Assembly (NCBI GenBank): GCA_022508345.1
Contig: JAFLVK010000001.1
Coordinates: forward strand, 292,371-356,370
DNA: 64,000 nucleotides
Reading direction: 5' to 3'
DNA from: Clostridiales bacterium
GTDB taxonomy: Bacteria > Bacillota > Clostridia > Christensenellales > CAG-314
This document shows positions 1 through 8,812 of this stretch, one piece after another. Positions within the stretch are counted from its first letter, which is position 1. Each line of letters begins with the position of its first letter. The notes beneath the pieces were generated by a model. The model ran no database searches. It was not told where the DNA came from and was given only the letters and a program-made list of their open reading frames with translations. Position numbers and translations under genes: made by a program.

Positions 1-51
1 CTATCTTTAACACGTTTACTCACTATTTAGTATATTAAAACGGAGGCAACT

Positions 52-888
52 GTGGCTTGTAAGGTTATTGTAAACCGCGACAGCGGTAACTGCGCCAGCC
101 TTGATTTGGACAGGCTGTTAACGCTATTGGACTGCAAAGACGCGCAAATAGTAAACATAGACAAATGGACGGACTGGTCGGCAGAGGACTGCGATACGGT
201 GATAGTTTGCGGTGGAGACGGAACGCTACACAACGCAATTGAAAAGTATCCCGACAAGCAGCTTATTTACGCGCCATGCGGGACACTGAACGAAACATCC
301 ATGACGGACGACGTTGTAACAACCGTCGGCAAGGTTAACGACACACTGTTCAGCTACGTGTGCGCAACGGGCAGCTTTACCGAAATCGGCTACTCCGCCA
401 ATACCAAAAGCAAAAAGCGTTTCAAAAGCGTTGCCTACCTACCGCAGGTGCTACGGTTTTACAAAAGTCACCAGATACACGCCAAGCTCAATGTTGACGG
501 CAGCAATTACGAGGACGACTACACGCTACTAATGGTGCTCAAAAGCCACCGCTGTTTTGGGTTCAATTTTAATGCGGCATACAAGCAACACAAGGGGTTG
601 TATTTGCTTGCAATAAGGTCGTTCGGCAAGGACAGCCTTGTGAACCGAGCTAAAATGTTCTTCCCATTTTTCAAAGTGTTTTTTAGAGGTGCCAGCCCAA
701 GCGTCAACAAAAACTGGATGCTGTTGCCCTTTTCCGAGCTGACAATGGAGCTTGCCGAACAGCAGGACTTTTGCATGGATGGCGAGCAGCGCAGCTTTAC
801 AGGCACATTGCGTATTCACGAACAGCCACTGTCCAAGCACATCCCCATAATAAAAACTCCCACTTGCCGTCGCAAACACAGCAAGTGA
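52..888 (+). CDS. Lipid kinase, diacylglycerol-kinase catalytic-domain family (YegS/BmrU-like)
   Basis: 278-aa ORF. VIVCGGDGTLHN (GGDGT) motif and N-terminal KVIVNRDSG are typical of DAGK_cat lipid kinases. Confidence 0.7.
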   Translation: MACKVIVNRDSGNCASLDLDRLLTLLDCKDAQIVNIDKWTDWSAEDCDTVIVCGGDGTLHNAIEKYPDKQLIYAPCGTLNETSMTDDVVTTVGKVNDTLFSYVCATGSFTEIGYSANTKSKKRFKSVAYLPQVLRFYKSHQIHAKLNVDGSNYEDDYTLLMVLKSHRCFGFNFNAAYKQHKGLYLLAIRSFGKDSLVNRAKMFFPFFKVFFRGASPSVNKNWMLLPFSELTMELAEQQDFCMDGEQRSFTGTLRIHEQPLSKHIPIIKTPTCRRKHSK

Positions 889-979
889 CGTTAAAAGCCA
901 AAGCAAAATGAGTATTGATTTTGCCCAGAAAGTTTGATACAATACATGAAAAACTTGCTTTTAACTACGGGAGAAATTT

Positions 980-1993
980 ATGTCTAAGAAAAGAAAGATG
1001 AGTATTATTTGTTTATCGGCGGTGTTGTTGGTGATACTGTGCACCGTGGGCGTACTGGTAATCGTGGCAAACAGCCAAAACGACAACAGCGCACCGACAG
1101 AAGAGCTTTCGCAATGGATGAGCATGATAAAGGACGACACATTGCTGAAAAGCGTTGTGATACCCGGTGCGCACGATGCAGGAACCAAGGATCTGCCCTA
1201 CCTTGCGAAGACACAGGACAGGAGCACTGCCGACATGCTGGCTTGCGGAATACGCTACCTGGACTTGCGCGTTTCCAAAACTAAAAACGGAGAATTGAAA
1301 ATTTACCACGGACCATTCAAGGGCGTGACGTTAGACAGCGTACTGGGTGACATATCGCAATTTATGCAAAGTTATCCAACTGAGGCGCTTATTTTGGACT
1401 TTCAGCACTTTGACGGCGACGCCGAGCTTGACACACAGGCGGCAATAAAAAGCTCCGCCTTGAATGTCGTTACGGCGCAAGGTGACTTTGTGGAATTTGT
1501 AGACAGCTTGACGCTTGGCGAAGTGCGCGGCAAATGCCTTATTTTGTGGGGTGACGAATCGGCAGACGGCGAAGTATTTTTGCGCAGAAACAATGACGAG
1601 GGTACAATTGAGCACAGTGCGCTGCAATCGTACTACACGTCAAGCCTCAACAAAAAGAGCTCATCCTCCTACATAAAGGAAGCTTTGCCGCACTACATCG
1701 GCAGATACGAAACGGAGGGCAAGGGGCTGTTTGTGTTGCAAGGACAGCTTACAGACGGACTGTTTGTATTCGGTCCCCATTTCAGAGAGGCAACTCACAA
1801 CAAAAACATGAACCAATATGTTGAAAGCTTGAAAAACAGCGACGACTTGAGCATAATCAACATAATAATGCGCGATTTCGTATCGCCACACAAAAATTGC
1901 CTTGCGTTGCAACTCAATTTAACCAAGGGCAACGTGAAAACGGAACACATCACCGCTTTCCAAGGCATGATTGACGCAAACATTAAACCGTAA
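980..1993 (+). CDS. PI-PLC X-domain-like protein with N-terminal membrane anchor
   Basis: 337-aa ORF. Hydrophobic N-terminal helix (IICLSAVLLVILCTVGVLVIV). VIPGAHDAGT, IRYLDLRV and IYHGPF resemble the catalytic X-box of phosphatidylinositol-specific phospholipase C. Confidence 0.6.
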   Translation: MSKKRKMSIICLSAVLLVILCTVGVLVIVANSQNDNSAPTEELSQWMSMIKDDTLLKSVVIPGAHDAGTKDLPYLAKTQDRSTADMLACGIRYLDLRVSKTKNGELKIYHGPFKGVTLDSVLGDISQFMQSYPTEALILDFQHFDGDAELDTQAAIKSSALNVVTAQGDFVEFVDSLTLGEVRGKCLILWGDESADGEVFLRRNNDEGTIEHSALQSYYTSSLNKKSSSSYIKEALPHYIGRYETEGKGLFVLQGQLTDGLFVFGPHFREATHNKNMNQYVESLKNSDDLSIINIIMRDFVSPHKNCLALQLNLTKGNVKTEHITAFQGMIDANIKP

Positions 1994-2013
1994 GCACACG
2001 CATACAAAATATG

Positions 2014-2057
2014 AAAAGGCATTTTCAACCGTTATAGATTGAAAATGCCTTTTTTGT
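2014..2057 (+). terminator. Rho-independent terminator after the PI-PLC-like gene
   Basis: Stem aaggcattttcaa / ttgaaaatgcctt followed by a T-run. Confidence 0.75.
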
Positions 2058-2084
2058 GCGAAAAAATGTAATTCAAATATACTT

Positions 2085-2489
2085 TCATTTACTATCTTTG
2101 TTGTACAGCCTATTTTCTTGCACATCTGCATTGTTCGTTTGTAGCAAATATTTTAATTCGGCTTGATCGGCATTGGGTGGAAAAAGATATTTTACCACAA
2201 TACGAAAAGATGAAAATATCGAGCCCACAATACCGACTAAGCCTGTCAGTACCACCCCCAAATCAGCCAATGTACTTTCACTTTTTTGCGCAACAATAAT
2301 GATTGCTGCAACGCTGGCAATAGGCACAACCAAAAGAACCATGCAGACAATGACAAAGAAAATAATTCTGCAAATAAACTTTGCAATACGTTCTGCAAAC
2401 AGTAGCTTTTTTACGATGTTGCCTTTATCTTTTTTACTTATTTGTTTAGTTCTACTGTGTTTTACCTTATTTTTTCCGTTACTTTCCAT
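2085..2489 (-). CDS. Hypothetical small membrane protein
   Basis: ORF with two long hydrophobic segments. Start placed at MESNGKNK, which has an AAGGGGA Shine-Dalgarno upstream. Lies in the AT-rich islet. No recognisable family. Confidence 0.4.
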   Translation of the reverse strand: MESNGKNKVKHSRTKQISKKDKGNIVKKLLFAERIAKFICRIIFFVIVCMVLLVVPIASVAAIIIVAQKSESTLADLGVVLTGLVGIVGSIFSSFRIVVKYLFPPNADQAELKYLLQTNNADVQENRLYNKDSK

Positions 2490-2648
2490 ACTGCCTGTAT
2501 TCCCCTTACCAAAACTGTGAACAATTACTTCACCCAAACAGCCCAATTATGTTATTAAATTGCAGCACTGTGCATATAATTACAATGCTAAAACATATAT
2601 TGGCGTTATTTGCAATTTTTTGAAAGGCGAATACTTGCCGGATAAATT

Positions 2649-2675
2649 AAAAAAGCTGCCCACTACTAGGGCAGC
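2649..2675 (-). terminator. Orphan terminator-like hairpin
   Basis: gctgccc-N7-gggcagc preceded by an A-run on the plus strand, giving a U-run on the minus strand. No intact gene lies upstream. Confidence 0.45.
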
Positions 2676-2880
2676 AATCAACCGTGCTTGTAAACATCCA
2701 CAAAGATGCCGCCTTTGTCCAAAATAAAACCACTATCTTTTGTACAATATAAACATCTTTCGTGTGTTAAATTATTAACGTGAAATTATTATACCATATT
2801 TAGATTAAATTGTCAATATTTTTACTATTTTTTGGTTTTAACAAACTAAAATTCTTTTTTTGTCGATTTTGATAAGCTAC

Positions 2881-2915
2881 AAAAAACCGACCGCGGTGTG
2901 TTGTTCCGCAGTCGG
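2881..2915 (-). terminator. Terminator-like hairpin downstream of the XRE fragment
   Basis: ccgaccgcgg / ccgcagtcgg stem with one mismatch, preceded by aaaaaa on the plus strand. Confidence 0.5.
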
Positions 2916-2922
2916 ATGTTTA

Positions 2923-3063
2923 CTAATTTTCTATTCCGAAAAGTAAGTTTGGCTCAATGCCGAATTTTTCGTACAGCAAGGCAATGCTATCGTAGCCGGG
3001 CTTTTTGTTACCCAATAGCCACTGGCTTACTGTTGTTTGATTAACGCCCAATGCATCTGCAAT
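2923..3063 (-). pseudogene. 5'-truncated XRE-family helix-turn-helix gene remnant
   Basis: Hand translation gives IADALGVNQTTVSQWLLGNKKPGYDSIALLYEKFGIEPNLLFGIEN-stop, which is the recognition helix and C-terminus of an XRE HTH. An in-frame TAA lies immediately upstream and there is no start codon. The fragment abuts the stop of the methyltransferase gene. Confidence 0.55.
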
Positions 3064-3070
3064 TTAGCAA

Positions 3071-3874
3071 CTATAACATAGCTTTTGTGTTTTTTCTACA
3101 GATGTAAAGGAGATGACTGGCGCAACCCAGCAGCTCACGTTTCTCACAGTTGTGCAGGTGATATTCTGCGAACGCGTTGAAGTCTTCATCCGACATTGCA
3201 AAATCATTTCTGCCTTCAGCCAGTTCAAGAATGCTGTCTGTGCTAACAGTTGTAATCCATTTAACCGGTTTGTTTTCAAACAAGGCTTCGAACTCGTCAA
3301 CATTAAATCCCGTGAAAAGTTGTTCTGTAAAGTGCCTTACTTGATAATCTTGTGTAAAGTTTTCTTCAATTCCCGCACGCAAATCGCCCTGAAGATAGTT
3401 ATCAAACAAAATTGCGTGAACCGATATAAACGCCACCATAACGACACCGCCATCTTTTGTAATTCTGATCGCTTCGTCCAAAGCTTTTTGTTGGTCTTGT
3501 TTGTTGTAAAGATGATACAAAGGACCAAACACCAGCGTTAAATCGAAGGTATTGTCCTGAAATCGACTTAAATCAAGCGCATCACCTTGGTAAGATTTTA
3601 TATTCTTCAAACCTTTACTGTTTTGTTGCAAAAGCTTTAGATTGCTATCGGCAAGTTCGATTGCCGTTACGTCGTGTCCTTCTTTTGCTAATGCTATCGA
3701 ATATCTTCCTGTGCCTGCGCCAATTTCCACAATGCTGGCTTTTTTCGAAATAAATTGATGGATATATTTCATAGTTGTCAGATATTCAAGCTGTCCGTGT
3801 CTACTACGAGACACTCTTGTATCTTCGTCATATCCATTGTAAAACTGATTAATAATTTCTATTCTTTTATCCAT
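3071..3874 (-). CDS. Class I SAM-dependent methyltransferase (small-molecule type)
   Basis: VEIGAGTGRYSIALAKEGHDVTAIELAD is a glycine-rich SAM motif I plus acidic motif II. No DNA-methyltransferase DPPY/NPPY or PCQ motifs. Confidence 0.8.
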   Translation of the reverse strand: MDKRIEIINQFYNGYDEDTRVSRSRHGQLEYLTTMKYIHQFISKKASIVEIGAGTGRYSIALAKEGHDVTAIELADSNLKLLQQNSKGLKNIKSYQGDALDLSRFQDNTFDLTLVFGPLYHLYNKQDQQKALDEAIRITKDGGVVMVAFISVHAILFDNYLQGDLRAGIEENFTQDYQVRHFTEQLFTGFNVDEFEALFENKPVKWITTVSTDSILELAEGRNDFAMSDEDFNAFAEYHLHNCEKRELLGCASHLLYICRKNTKAML

Positions 3875-4047
3875 AGTTTTTCCTTCATAAATTACTGTTT
3901 TCGTTCAAGACAAACAATATTTTCCACCTGGCAAAAAACTACAAAAGGTCTTGATTGTTTCGTGCGCAAAAAGAGTATTGCTTACATAAGTTGTATCACA
4001 AATTTCCTTTTGTATTTCACTTATACATTTCCTTCATACATTGTGTC

Positions 4048-4767
4048 TCACCATTTATATGGGTCCTTAAAACACTCTTCGGCGTCATCTGTTCTAAGGT
4101 CACTATGATATCTACCATATGGAACGCGAAAACTATCATAAATTTTGTTATGCGGCGCAAATAACGACTGTTTCCAACATTGACCATTGCTATCTACTAA
4201 GCCAATGGAAAGATTTGCACTAATGGCACTACGTATTATGTGATCTTTGTGATAACAAATTTTAATCGTGATTGTTTCGCCAACTCGGACTTTTTTATCG
4301 CTTGATTCGGAATAATTCAAACATTTATGACTTAAATATCCAGAAGCAAAGTCGCTTTGAAAAATTACGTATGTGCGTTTGTGATTACATATTATATCAG
4401 TTACTGAAACATCTGTTTTCCCTACATTTTGAAAAGTATAAATTACGCAACACCATTCAGATTGATTAAAATCTTTTTCACAATAAAACGCTTCTACTCT
4501 GTCTTGCACCTCAACATCAACAATACTAGTCATAAAGATGTCTATATCACATTTTTGTTTTATACCGTACCCTGTCCGACTAGTATAATCTTTATAATCA
4601 ACAATCTTGTATTCGGGACGATTTTCAAATGCATATTTACTGTTTTGTTCTTGTTGTTCAGACTTCCTGTTTTTTTCTTTCCGTCTCTCGACAAATATAG
4701 TGGTCAACGCAGCTATTAGAGCAGCAACTATGGCACTGATTAATGAACTAATAATTGTTTCCATCAT
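4048..4767 (-). CDS. Hypothetical membrane-anchored protein with a Cys/His-rich C-terminal domain
   Basis: 239 aa. An N-terminal TM helix is followed by the basic stretch ERRKEKNRK, so the C-terminal domain is probably cytoplasmic. No recognisable family. Confidence 0.45.
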   Translation of the reverse strand: MMETIISSLISAIVAALIAALTTIFVERRKEKNRKSEQQEQNSKYAFENRPEYKIVDYKDYTSRTGYGIKQKCDIDIFMTSIVDVEVQDRVEAFYCEKDFNQSEWCCVIYTFQNVGKTDVSVTDIICNHKRTYVIFQSDFASGYLSHKCLNYSESSDKKVRVGETITIKICYHKDHIIRSAISANLSIGLVDSNGQCWKQSLFAPHNKIYDSFRVPYGRYHSDLRTDDAEECFKDPYKW

Positions 4768-4960
4768 ATGTAAATCCTCATAATTTAAGTAATTTTACAA
4801 TAAGTTTTAAGTTATACATTTGATTTTTTTATTTATTTTCAACCCTTGTCACATCTCATTAGCTTTCGTTCTTTAATTGAGCATCAATTGTTTCCTTTAT
4901 CTTTTCGTAACTACAACACTTGGCACCCAAAGAAATCAATTGTGGTAAACCTATTGTTTT

Positions 4961-5434
4961 CTATCCACCGCATTTTTCATTCAAAACTTCCGTAGGTAAA
5001 ACATAGAATTGCCATTGATTCATTGACAATAAATTAGCTTCCGAACGGTTTAAGCAAGTGAACACACAAAAAACATAAAAGTCCGAGCGGCGTATTAAAT
5101 CGCCAGCATATGTATTTTTGTCCCAATCATAAATCAACGCAGGAGCTATACTGAACCGTAATTTTGACAAGAATTTTTGCTCCCATGATTGTAGATATGC
5201 CGAACTTTTTACTTCAATTCGTATTTCGCCGTATTGCAAGTCATACGCTTCCCAATCAACTCGTGTTTTCTTTGTATCAATTCCTAATGCAGTCGCAACA
5301 ATAAATTCGGAAAGTGCGCCACGCAATATATTACTCAACAAATCCGAAGCATACCACGCCCAAAAATCGGTAACCGTTTTGTCTATTTCGCCTGCATCAG
5401 TGAAAAAATGTTCTGTGCCCTTCATCACATCCAT
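4961..5434 (-). CDS. PD-(D/E)xK nuclease-fold-like protein; reading frame continues past an in-frame TAG to 4859
   Basis: YDL...IRIEVKSSAY fits a D...E-x-K nuclease core. Start chosen at MDVMKG, 11 nt after AAAGGAG. The same frame stays open for 33 more codons after TAG at 4961-4963. Confidence 0.5.
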   Translation of the reverse strand: MDVMKGTEHFFTDAGEIDKTVTDFWAWYASDLLSNILRGALSEFIVATALGIDTKKTRVDWEAYDLQYGEIRIEVKSSAYLQSWEQKFLSKLRFSIAPALIYDWDKNTYAGDLIRRSDFYVFCVFTCLNRSEANLLSMNQWQFYVLPTEVLNEKCGG

Positions 5435-5533
5435 GAATAAAATTACTCCTTTGTAAAACAAACTTTTTATAGTCTAATCTTCTATTTTATTTTCGTTTAA
5501 CGATTAAATCAAAGAACCGAACCAAAGCAAATT

Positions 5534-6883
5534 CTAACAAGTTTCATTTCTTTCGAGACAGACGAGAGTTTCGACTTGGTCGGTGTTGGGGAACATGTCG
5601 TAGGGCTCTACGTAGGTGGGGGTGTATTGTTGCGTGAGCAGCGCTAGGTCACGGGCAAGCGTTGCCGAGTCGCAGGATATGTACACCAGGTTGTCGATGT
5701 TGGCGTCCAGTAGCGTTTTGCAAATTGTGTCTCCCAAGCCCTTGCGCGGTGGATCAACAACAAGCGTCAAGCGTTTGCCCGAATTTGCCTCTACAATTTT
5801 CGGTAGCTCCACTGTTACGTCGCCACAGATGTTTGTCGTGCGTGGGGTGTTGTTCAGCTCCACCATTTCGTTGGCATCGTGCACCGCCGACGGTTCAATC
5901 TCTATCGCGTAGGTGTCGTACTTGTCGCTTGCAAGAATGTTTGTCAATATCCCCACGCCAGAAAAGCAGTCCACCAGCACTTCCGTCTGCGACACGTCAA
6001 GCTGCTCCCTCACCTTGCTGTAGATTGCATCCTTAACGCCGTCGTTTACTTGGAAAAAGCTTGTCGGTCTGAGGCGGAATTTTACACCCAGGTGCGTGCC
6101 CTCGATGTATTGTAGCCCGTAAATGTGCTGTGTGTCCTTACCCAAGATTACGTTGTTGTGTTGCGTGTTGATATTTACAAAAAGCCCGTATCTGTCAAAA
6201 GCTGTAGAAAGCGCTGTCACCAAGGGCTGTAAATCGCGCTTGTACGCCCCGTTGGATACTATTGTAACAAGTAGCTGTCCGTCAACATAACGCGCCACCA
6301 GATGGCGCACTTCGCCCTTAAATGTTTTTTCGTCGTAGGGTATCACGCCGCAGTTGTTGCAGTACTCACGGAATAACGCAACCAGCCTCTTAGACCACTC
6401 GCCGCCAAGAGAGCAATCGTCTATATCCACAACGCTGTGGGAGCTGCGGCGATACATTCCAATCCTTACATCACCGCGCTTTCCCGAAACGGGCAAACTG
6501 AGCTTGTTGCGGTAAGCGGTGACTTGTTCCGAAGCAACACATGGCAAAACGTCCAAGTTTAGCTTGGCAATTTTGGAAATGTTGGTGGCAACCTTGTTGC
6601 GCTTGAATACCAACTGCTCGCTGTAATCCATGTGCGACAGCGTACATCCGCCACAGTTGCCAAAGTGTGCGCAAGCGGGCTGCACCCTGTGAGCAGAACT
6701 TACCAGCAGTTCCACCACGTCGCCGTACGCAACGGCACCTTTCACATAATTTATCCTGACGCGCGCAACCTCGCCCACAATCAACCGCGGCACAAAAACG
6801 GTATAGCCGTCCACTACGCCAACCGTTTCACAGTTGCCGTAGCTTTGCGCGGTGTATGTAATTGTGTCGTTTATCTTTAACAT
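5534..6883 (-). CDS. 23S rRNA (uracil-5-)-methyltransferase, RumA/RlmD family
   Basis: N-terminal TRAM-like domain, Cys cluster CAHFGNCGGCTLSH, and a C-terminal SAM fold (VLVDCFSGVGI ... VVDPPRKG). Confidence 0.85.
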   Translation of the reverse strand: MLKINDTITYTAQSYGNCETVGVVDGYTVFVPRLIVGEVARVRINYVKGAVAYGDVVELLVSSAHRVQPACAHFGNCGGCTLSHMDYSEQLVFKRNKVATNISKIAKLNLDVLPCVASEQVTAYRNKLSLPVSGKRGDVRIGMYRRSSHSVVDIDDCSLGGEWSKRLVALFREYCNNCGVIPYDEKTFKGEVRHLVARYVDGQLLVTIVSNGAYKRDLQPLVTALSTAFDRYGLFVNINTQHNNVILGKDTQHIYGLQYIEGTHLGVKFRLRPTSFFQVNDGVKDAIYSKVREQLDVSQTEVLVDCFSGVGILTNILASDKYDTYAIEIEPSAVHDANEMVELNNTPRTTNICGDVTVELPKIVEANSGKRLTLVVDPPRKGLGDTICKTLLDANIDNLVYISCDSATLARDLALLTQQYTPTYVEPYDMFPNTDQVETLVCLERNETC

Positions 6884-6934
6884 AGCAAAAAATTGGTTAT
6901 AAGCAATCCTCTTTTTAATAAATGTCGGCGACGC

Positions 6935-7969
6935 TTATACGCCCTTCAACAGTAATACGGTGAAGGTGCTGCCCTCACCAAGCTTACTGTCCACAAATAT
7001 TGTGCCGTCCAGCAGCTCCACAATTTTTTGAACAATGCTGAGACCCAAGCCGTTGCCGGGCGTAGTGTGCGACTTGTCCCCTTGGAAAAATTTGTTGAAA
7101 ATGTTAGCTTTGGTTTCTTCGTCCATGCCGCAGCCTGTGTCCTGCACTTCTATCACGGCATTTAGCCCCATGGAGCGGCATTTTACCGTTATTTTTCCGC
7201 CCTCATCAGTAAACTTTACAGCGTTGGACAGCAAATTTACAATTACCTGGCTTAGCAGCTTGTAGTTACTGTTGAGCTTGATTGGTTCCAGTTCAATGTC
7301 CAAATCAATGCCCTTGCTTTCGCACTGCTGCTGAAACATAAGCACACATTGGCGAATTTGCTCGTCCAACAGGTACTGCTCCTTGGTGATTTCCTGGCTG
7401 TCCAGCCTGTTTAGCAACAGCACGCTTTCGGACAGCTCGACAAGTCGGTTGGATTCGTCGATGATTACGTCAAGAAATTCGTTGCGCTGCTCGGGTGAGA
7501 GGCTGGGGTCCTTCAACAGCTTGGCAAAGCCGGATATGGAAACGATAGGCGTCTTGAACTCGTGTGAGAAATCGGACACAAAGTTTTCGCGCAAGGTTTC
7601 AACGCTGTCCAATTGGGAAACCATATGATTGAAGTTCTTGGCTAAGCCGAGATTGGCAAACACCTTGCTGTCCTCAATGCGGATGGAGAAGTCGCCCTCC
7701 GCCACCTTTTGCAGTGCGTTTAGGTAAGGTCTGCTTGCGCGCACTATTATTGCCGAATAGGCAAAGGACAGCGCCACACCCAATACGGTGCTTATGGCAA
7801 GGGTGATTACAGCAAACAGCAGAATGTTGTTTTCGGCAATGCCCGTTTCCGCTGCGATAAGTGATGACAGACCGAATGTAATGACCATAGTGAGGGTTAG
7901 CATCACAAACAGACACAGTACTACAATTAACGTGATTCGGCTAAAAATGTTTCTCTTTCTTTTACTCAT
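6935..7969 (-). CDS. Sensor histidine kinase (HAMP-HisKA-HATPase)
   Basis: Two N-terminal TM segments, H-box FVSDFSHEFKTPI, and G-boxes DTGCGM and GNGLGLSIV. Confidence 0.9.
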   Translation of the reverse strand: MSKRKRNIFSRITLIVVLCLFVMLTLTMVITFGLSSLIAAETGIAENNILLFAVITLAISTVLGVALSFAYSAIIVRASRPYLNALQKVAEGDFSIRIEDSKVFANLGLAKNFNHMVSQLDSVETLRENFVSDFSHEFKTPIVSISGFAKLLKDPSLSPEQRNEFLDVIIDESNRLVELSESVLLLNRLDSQEITKEQYLLDEQIRQCVLMFQQQCESKGIDLDIELEPIKLNSNYKLLSQVIVNLLSNAVKFTDEGGKITVKCRSMGLNAVIEVQDTGCGMDEETKANIFNKFFQGDKSHTTPGNGLGLSIVQKIVELLDGTIFVDSKLGEGSTFTVLLLKGV

Positions 7970-8645
7970 CGTGTCTTACCGCCTTGTAACCCAAACCGCG
8001 CGCCGTTACTATCTCAAAATCGGGCGTGTCAGCAAAACGCGTGCGCAGTCTGTTGATGTGAACATTTACCGTATGCTCGTCGCTTTCGGCATCCATACCC
8101 CAAATTTCGTCCATAAGCTGCAACCGCGTAAAAACGACGTTGGGATAGGAAAGCAGCTTGAACAACAACAAAAATTCCTTTTGCGGAAGCTGCTCGGAAA
8201 AGGTGGGTGTTGTAACCGTGTAGGAGTTGTAATCCAGCTCGACATTACCAACAGTAAGCTTGTTTTCCGTGACAATCTTGGAGCGCCTTAGTAGCGCCTT
8301 GATACGCAAAAGCAGCACGTCGAAATCAAACGGCTTGGTGAGGTAGTCGTCAATTCCTACCAAAAAGCCCTGCTTGATGTCCACCACGTTTTGCTTGGCG
8401 GACAGTATCAGTATGGGCAACTGGCTGCCGCCGTCCCTCAACGTCTTTGTCAGTTCAAAGCCGTCCATACGGGGCATCATGACGTCCAACACCATGAGGT
8501 CAACGTGATTGTGATCCAATACATCCAGCGCCTCTTCGCCGTTGGTCGCCTCAAGCGTGTTGTAGCCGTGATTTTTGAGTATCGTAGTTAACAGCTTACG
8601 CGTGTTTTTGTCGTCTTCTACTACCAAGATGTCAAACATGTGCAA
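7962..8645 (-). CDS. OmpR-family response regulator
   Basis: Receiver domain (ILVVEDD ... DLMVLDVMMP ... K) plus a winged-helix C-terminus (LTVGNVELD ... RGLGYK). Overlaps the kinase gene by 8 nt. Confidence 0.92.
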   Translation of the reverse strand: MHMFDILVVEDDKNTRKLLTTILKNHGYNTLEATNGEEALDVLDHNHVDLMVLDVMMPRMDGFELTKTLRDGGSQLPILILSAKQNVVDIKQGFLVGIDDYLTKPFDFDVLLLRIKALLRRSKIVTENKLTVGNVELDYNSYTVTTPTFSEQLPQKEFLLLFKLLSYPNVVFTRLQLMDEIWGMDAESDEHTVNVHINRLRTRFADTPDFEIVTARGLGYKAVRHDE

Positions 8646-8753
8646 CTCCCTTAGATAGATATGTACTTATAATATACCATAAAAGAGCAATGGAAATCAA
8701 CATTTTTAGTTTGTGCAAACCAAACTGTTCGTTACGCAACAATTTTAGCAACA

Positions 8754-8779
8754 AAATATTTCACAAAAGTGAAATATTT
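8754..8779. promoter_or_regulatory. Perfect 11-bp inverted repeat (candidate operator) in a divergent intergenic region
   Basis: aaatatttcac-aaaa-gtgaaatattt between the response-regulator start (8645) and the acyltransferase start (8813). Confidence 0.3.
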
Positions 8780-8812
8780 GCAGGTTACTTTAAGTCAGAG
8801 AGTGTAGAATAA

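Noticed and set aside
2678-2785. A 35-codon open frame ending just before the orphan terminator at 2649-2675 (…ERCLYCTKDSGFILDKGGIFVDVYKHG).
   Set aside because: It has no usable start codon and no recognisable motif. It may be a gene remnant, but the evidence is too thin to annotate.
3071-5434. The methyltransferase plus the PD-(D/E)xK-like protein as a restriction-modification pair.
   Set aside because: The methyltransferase lacks DNA-methyltransferase catalytic motifs (no D/NPPY, no PCQ/ENV) and no target-recognition domain is evident. It looks like a small-molecule class I enzyme. The two genes are separated by another gene, and the nuclease-like ORF is interrupted.
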